Below, one piece after another: positions 58,589-64,000 of a stretch of DNA of 64,000 nucleotides. Position numbers and translations under genes: made by a program. The notes beneath the pieces were generated by a model, which did not search any database, was not told the origin of the DNA, and saw only the letters and a program-made list of their open reading frames with translations. The number at the start of each line of letters is the position of its first letter. The stretch's first letter is position 1. This DNA comes from Giardia intestinalis (Eukaryota): assembly GCA_000002435.2 (NCBI GenBank), contig CM018792.1, one strand, 5' to 3'.

Positions 58589-59881
58589 TCATGTCTTTCT
58601 TAAAGGCGTCTTCTGCGTCTCACGCAGGTTAACGTAAAGACGCAGCTCCTGCGGAGCATCCTGCGCCCGAGCAGTTTCTAGTAAATCTCTACACTCAGAT
58701 ACAGGCTTGCCATTGATGTGCTTCGTCAGGGAAGTCTGGATTGTCGCATTGTACCTGACAGATGTGTTACGCTTGCAGAGCAGTACTTCCATTTTATAGA
58801 TGCAGACAGAAAGCCGTAGCAAAATAGGGTGAAACATCCCACTTTCTGTGTTGCAGCTTGTGCTCATATATGTAACAAACAGCAGCGGCTCAAGGGGAAG
58901 TTGGGGAGATGTCAGGTTTGCTTTTCTAAGGGTCTCTACACGTTTCAAAAAGGGTCCCTCTTCATACAAGCTAGCCAGGCCGCGTAACTCTGCTACAATA
59001 TCGACCAGGATATTATGCATGTTATCTGACTGTGCATGTTGACTCGCAATTGCAAAGATATCAGACAAAAATTCCAGCTGCACAATGGAAATAGTAGGGG
59101 AAAAGAGATAGGGGAAGAGCACAGTGAGCACGCAAGTGGCATGGTTCTCTGCAGATGTACCGTGCGTAGAGGACTGTTGCGATAGATCTAATTTGTTCAG
59201 AACGGAAGTATAGGCAGCCTTCAGACAACGATCATACATTCCATAGCAAAGAGACAACCTATCAATATGCACAAAGATAGATGATAGCTTGCAAACAGTC
59301 GAGAGGTATGGAGCCAGACTGACTTGGTGAATGAATGACCCCGCAGAGAGCATAGATGCTAGCTCCAGATCGAATGCAGATGCAGGCGCAAGAATCACCT
59401 GCTCAACTTTGCGTGATTTTTCTACAATCTGAACGCCAAGGGAAAATATTGCCTTGTCAGAGGAGCCCAGATAAAGAGATAGAAGACATAAACACTCGTC
59501 CGAGTTCAGCTTACTGGCAAGCAGTGATAATATGTTAGCAATCTTCAAGATGATATCAGAGGACATATCATTGATGAGCTGGGAGCGCACAAGCCGCGCT
59601 AGAACGCTGCAGAACGATTGGACGAGTCGATGGTGCCCTTCGGAAAACAGACACTCTGCTACCGAAAGTAGTGGGGTGATATCGGGGAGGGTAGACGGTG
59701 GAGACGTGCTTTGTAGACAAGTATCAATAAGCTCTGCGGCGTACACGAGAGCGAGAACGCGGTCCTCTCCCCGTAGTTGCAGAGAGGTCAGTAAATCCAG
59801 CATTTCCACGGGCGTGCTTTCTGGGGTGAGCTCCCTGGGTACGCGGCTCGAGAGAAACGCTGCTGCAGGGCTTTGACTCAT
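58589..59881 (-). CDS. Hypothetical protein (about 430 aa)
   Basis: The ORF-track start at 59902 is TTG; the first ATG is at 59881. Convergent with the 1826-aa gene across an 8-nt gap. Confidence 0.5.
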   Translation of the reverse strand: MSQSPAAAFLSSRVPRELTPESTPVEMLDLLTSLQLRGEDRVLALVYAAELIDTCLQSTSPPSTLPDITPLLSVAECLFSEGHHRLVQSFCSVLARLVRSQLINDMSSDIILKIANILSLLASKLNSDECLCLLSLYLGSSDKAIFSLGVQIVEKSRKVEQVILAPASAFDLELASMLSAGSFIHQVSLAPYLSTVCKLSSIFVHIDRLSLCYGMYDRCLKAAYTSVLNKLDLSQQSSTHGTSAENHATCVLTVLFPYLFSPTISIVQLEFLSDIFAIASQHAQSDNMHNILVDIVAELRGLASLYEEGPFLKRVETLRKANLTSPQLPLEPLLFVTYMSTSCNTESGMFHPILLRLSVCIYKMEVLLCKRNTSVRYNATIQTSLTKHINGKPVSECRDLLETARAQDAPQELRLYVNLRETQKTPLRKT

Positions 59882-60089
59882 CAATGCTGAAGATGAGAAC
59901 AAGGTCTCCTACACTCTAGCGAACCGTCCTCAACAACACAGGGCCGAACAGAAGGTGTGTGCCTTGTCCAGCTCCCGCTATCATAAAGATCTTGCCAGAG
60001 ACTTTGTGAACTTTTTCCTTAATTTTAGCAAAAAATGACACATTGCTGATTAGCTTATTACATAATTTTAAGAAAACAGAATCTGACGG

Positions 60090-61649
60090 ATGAGCATCCA
60101 AACGGTACGAGACTGGTTTAGGGCCATAGATGAAGGGAACCGCGCTAAAATACGAGCTAAGTTGCGCGAATTTAAGGGCTCTAAAGACGAGAACGGTGAG
60201 ACAGGCCTCATGCGAGCTGTGCGCAACCAGGATCTCGATACGGCTCTTCTGTTGGTTGAGCACGAGCACTCCATGACAAATTACGATGGCTACACGGCCA
60301 TTATGCTTGCGGCCTTGATGGACAGCACGGAGGCCTGCAAGCTATTGATGTCCTTTGAGCTTGACTCTATCCTTCCAGATGGGAGGACGCCGCTCATGCT
60401 TGCTGCTGAGAGAGGTAATCTCCATGCTATTAAGGCGCTTCTTCCCCACAATCGCTTCATCTACGACGAGAACGGAAAGACAGCTCTCTGTTATGCGGCG
60501 GAGAACGGGCACTTCGAGGCGGTGAGGATGCTTGTGGAGTGCAACGGAGACAAGCTCTGTAGTGATGCGAAGATTGCCCTTGTTGCAGCGGCCATGAACA
60601 AGCACTCTAAGATAATTGACTATCTTGCAGAACACCAGAACAGACACGGCGTTGGCGCCGAGCCTTCCCATGTATACACCGCCAGGGCAGGGGATTCCGA
60701 TGTGAACATCATACAGAATCCAAACGAAACTAAGAAGAGCATTATAAACGATCTCGAAGACCTGAAGAGCCTAGTGAAGCTATACAAGGATGAGTCGAAA
60801 GCGAAGGACAAGGCCATTGAGAATTATGAATCCCTTGTCGCCGAATCTAATATCACCGATGGATACGGTAACATTGGGAATAGTCAGAATCTGAACTCTT
60901 CAGTGCAGGGATCTGTCGTCCACAGCACGAGCAACTACTCCCCAGATATGCGAGGGGTTGGAAACAATCCCTACAGGCATGACGACTCTGCTCAAGTCAG
61001 ACCTGCCCCCGGGCCTGGACACACCGTGAATCTCGCCGACCTCGATAGGTCTGACTATAACACATGTGAAAGAACAGCAAGGTATGATGGAATGTCAGAG
61101 CCACTTGTCGGTAACACTGATCTAATGCTGGCTGCCCAGAAGGGCGAGGTCCGAAAAGTCAAGGCCCTTATACCCAAGCAGGCTGGGTTAGCGAACCGGG
61201 CAGGCTACACCGCTCTGATGTTCGCTTCTCAAATGGGACACACGGAGGTTGTTCAGCTTCTAGTTGATAAAGAGGGTGGGATGACTGACAAGGATGGGTA
61301 CTCAGCTCTCATGACTGCTGCGTACAATGGATATGCAGACATTGCCCGTATTCTAGTAGATAAGGAAGGGGGAATCCGCATGAAGGATGGATGGACGGCT
61401 CTCATGTCGGCAGCAAACCACGGCTATTACGATGTCGTGAAGGTGCTCATTGGGCGCGAAGGGGGATACCAGACCCGCAGGGGCCAGACAGCAATGATGC
61501 TTGCAGCGCAACGTGGTTATTTAGACATCGTCAGAGCTCTCATCCCTAAGGAGGCGAAGAAGGTTGATGCGCGTGGGAAGACGGCGTGTAAGATTGCCTC
61601 TGATTACAGCTATTTCGAGATCGTTAATCTCCTCAAGAAGTTCGAGTAA
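60090..61649 (+). CDS. Ankyrin-repeat protein (Protein 21.1 family), 519 aa
   Basis: At least 9 ankyrin units (GETGLMRAVRNQDLDTALLL, GYTAIMLAALMDSTEACKLL, GRTPLMLAAERGNLHAIKAL, GYTALMFASQMGHTEVVQLL, GWTALMSAANHGYYDVVKVL ...). True ATG. Confidence 0.85.
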   Translation: MSIQTVRDWFRAIDEGNRAKIRAKLREFKGSKDENGETGLMRAVRNQDLDTALLLVEHEHSMTNYDGYTAIMLAALMDSTEACKLLMSFELDSILPDGRTPLMLAAERGNLHAIKALLPHNRFIYDENGKTALCYAAENGHFEAVRMLVECNGDKLCSDAKIALVAAAMNKHSKIIDYLAEHQNRHGVGAEPSHVYTARAGDSDVNIIQNPNETKKSIINDLEDLKSLVKLYKDESKAKDKAIENYESLVAESNITDGYGNIGNSQNLNSSVQGSVVHSTSNYSPDMRGVGNNPYRHDDSAQVRPAPGPGHTVNLADLDRSDYNTCERTARYDGMSEPLVGNTDLMLAAQKGEVRKVKALIPKQAGLANRAGYTALMFASQMGHTEVVQLLVDKEGGMTDKDGYSALMTAAYNGYADIARILVDKEGGIRMKDGWTALMSAANHGYYDVVKVLIGREGGYQTRRGQTAMMLAAQRGYLDIVRALIPKEAKKVDARGKTACKIASDYSYFEIVNLLKKFE

Positions 61650-61731
61650 TATATTCCCCTTTTTCTGTTCTTTCTCCTCTCTTCGATGCTTTCTTCAATC
61701 TAAATAAAAACTTGCGATTTAATGTCGTTTC

Positions 61732-64000
61732 CTCGCGCATGGTTTGAGGCAATTGCGGTGCTGGATGTAGATACCGTTCAACGGATGCTGCCACAATGCG
61801 CTAAAATGGTTGACGATCACGGTGAGACAGGCCTGATGAAAGCTGTACGTCTCAGATACCCCGTTCTAATCAAATTACTGGCACCGTACGAGGCGGGCAT
61901 GACGAATAATAGGGGGCAGACTGCACTGATGCTTGCTGCGCACTTTAACTATGCAGAAGGCTGCAAGATGCTCCTTTCGGATGAAGGCAATATCCATCTT
62001 TCAAGTAAGCGGTGCTGCCTGATTGTTGCTGCTGTTGCAAATGCAGGAGACGCTGTGCGTGCGATTCTACCTCTGCATCGCTACACAGCAGATTCTCTGG
62101 GGGCCACTGCTCTTGTCTATGCGGCTGAGCGTGGGCACCTGAACATAGTACGGATTCTCTTGGAGGAGGGGGACACAGCCTCACCCGCCCCTGATGCCCT
62201 CAGATCCCTTATTGTGGCTGTTCTCTGTGAACGGAAGGAGACAGCATTGTATTTATCACGTTATATGGCCAATTTCATCACAACCGCCCAGCCAGCACTG
62301 GAGGGTCTATCCTCTCCCCTATCTGCACCTTGTGTCACTAACCCTATAGAAGCTGCACATGACCAAATAAATATGACACGGGGACAATGCCTCAGTGGAT
62401 CTGAACCGCATAGCAACCAGTTGCTCTTTGGCAATGGAAGCAAGTTAGGTGACTCTCCACAAGTGCTGTCTCCCATACCTGCATCTCCACAGTTGGTGCC
62501 ATACGTGTCTCAATTAGCTACACAACACCCTACTTTCAACTCTAAGGCACCACAGGCCATAAGGCCAGAGGTACCCAATACCTCTATTCGCGGTCAATCA
62601 ACGACCACTCGGAGAGCACCAGATATATCTCTTCTGCCCAAAGCCCTGGACAGCGTTGCGGTTTTAACTTCCTCATATGTTCATCCTGTCTCCCGGGACG
62701 TAAGGATAACAGGACCAGTTCGAGCATCTTCTACGCGCTCCCGTCCTATTCCACGTGCCATTGAAGAGTATGAGTCGCCATCATCATCTATGCTTGCTGC
62801 TGATACGCGGCGAGCAGCCGATCTCTCTAGACTCTCACCATCTACACTCAATAATAGATCTCTAGCTTATAATAAGCAGGACACCAGATTGACATTTTCT
62901 TTACCTGCTAGACATCAACAAGAGCCCGGGCTCAATCCATCGATTAACTCTCTGCACCTCAACTGTCTTCCTGGCCTCACAGCTCTGATGACAGCGGTCA
63001 TAACCGGCCAGAACCAGCTGATTCCTCACCTTGCCCAAACTGACGCGGGCTCTAAAACTATTGATGGTTGGACAGCGCTCATGTTTGCGGTTCTTTATAA
63101 CAAACTGGAGTCACTACCAACCCTTGCAGCGACTGAGGCAGGGCTGCAGAACAACGCTGGGGAAACAGCATTGATGATAGCGGCTGTACACAATAGAACG
63201 TCTGCTATTATTGACCTTATGCATAAGGAGTCCAGAATACAGGACAGAACTGGGAAAACTGCTTTGATACACGCCGTTGAAAGAGGGAATTATGAGGCTG
63301 CGCGGATGCTTTCGGACAACGAGCACTCCATGGTTGACTTCTCAGGCCACACAGCATTTCTGTATGCATGCAATAATGGATATGAAAAGATAGCGCAATT
63401 ATTAGTGGGTTTGGAAGGCAATAAGGTTGATCCAACAGGACAGACGGGGCTTATGATCGCTGCCGAGAAAAATCATGTAGAGATACTCAAGCTGCTCGTC
63501 CCCGTCCAAACGCGGCGGAAAAGCAATGCTGGAATCACGGCTCTGATGCTTGCAGGATACCATGGTCACATGGAATCTGTATCTATATTGCTAAGTGCAG
63601 AAGCACAAGAGGTTAATGAGAATGGAGCAACAGCTTTAATGATTGCCGCCATGGCTGGTAACGTGGATGTCTGTAGAGTGTTGCTAGCGCCAGAGCATGG
63701 TCTTCAGAACCTTCTAGGACAAACAGCCCTCATGCTGGCAGCGGCAAAAAACCACCAGCAACTTGTTAACTTCCTGATTCCTTATGAATCCACGGTTCAA
63801 GACTGTGAAGGTAGAACAGCACTTATGTACGCTGCAGAGAGTCAGTGCACTGGTGCGGTGGAGGCCTTGCTGCCTTGTGAGCACGGCTTCAGAGACAACA
63901 ACGGATGCACTGCGATGATGTATGCAGCGAGGGCGGGTTCCCTGCCCATTGTCATGCTTCTAGCCCGATACGAACAGCGATTGGTGGATACTGGAGGGCA
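61732..64000 (+). CDS. Ankyrin-repeat protein (Protein 21.1 family), partial; it runs off the window end, at least 756 aa
   Basis: Hand translation from ATG 61732 (MSFPRAWFEAIAVLDVDTVQRMLPQCAKMVDDHGETGLMKAVRL...) reads with no stop to 64000. There are many ankyrin units (GQTALMLAAHFNYAEGCKML, GWTALMFAVLYNKLESL, GETALMIAAVHNRTSAIIDL, GKTALIHAVERGNYEAARML ...). It is absent from the ORF track because there is no stop in the window. Confidence 0.7.

Noticed and set aside
1-64000. Prokaryotic-style defence or mobile-element system (toxin-antitoxin, restriction-modification, integrase, transposase, retrotransposon RT)
   Set aside because: No recognisable recombinase, reverse transcriptase or nuclease motif was found in any frame. 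Gene content is eukaryotic: ankyrin and NEK families, TTLL, RhoGDI, S24e, Top3. The only mobile-like behaviour is the tandem-repeat dynamics within the VSP gene.

Overview
This 64-kb window appears to be nuclear DNA from the diplomonad Giardia intestinalis (lamblia). It is a eukaryotic chromosome segment, not a prokaryotic or phage region. That assignment is an inference from the sequence. Two + strand ORFs end in the variant-specific surface protein (VSP) signature: a TM helix followed by a ...CRGKA tail, CXXC-rich ectodomains and GGCY. Eight genes carry 'ALM/TALM'-type ankyrin repeats, often fused to long coiled coils (the Giardia 'Protein 21.1' family) or to an NEK-like kinase domain. Genes are intronless and tightly packed with tiny AT-rich spacers. 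The Giardia AGTRAAY poly(A) motif sits just after several stops, with the extended ACTYRGGTAGTRAAY form after both VSPs.

About 35 genes are supportable. Recognisable ones are a cathepsin-L-like protease with a TM anchor, RhoGDI, an Aa_trans amino-acid transporter, a TTLL tubulin ligase, DNA topoisomerase III, a Pirh2-like CHY/RING E3, a P-loop GTPase and ribosomal protein S24e. Several large hypothetical proteins are also present.

No CRISPR array, tRNA or rRNA genes or transposons are evident, and I do not see a new defence-type 'system'.

The most unusual content is the surface-antigen neighbourhood at 6.7-15.8 kb:
- a GC-rich block holds a 5'-truncated DEAD-box helicase-like ORF, a membrane-anchored papain-family protease and an EGF-like Cys-rich membrane protein;
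- next to it a 4.8-kb VSP gene contains about 16.5 apparently perfect 222-bp tandem repeats;
- a second VSP at 36.2-37.5 kb is interrupted by one in-frame TAA.

Limits:
- The ORF track allows GTG/TTG starts, so many listed 5' ends are upstream of the first real ATG; I moved starts to the first ATG where I could read it.
- The track omits ORFs that run off the window edges. I found one at each end by hand translation.
- Displayed coordinates and track coordinates disagree by 1 nt around 6.7 kb, so my hand-derived coordinates may be off by +/-1.
- All homology calls are motif recall from memory, not searches.
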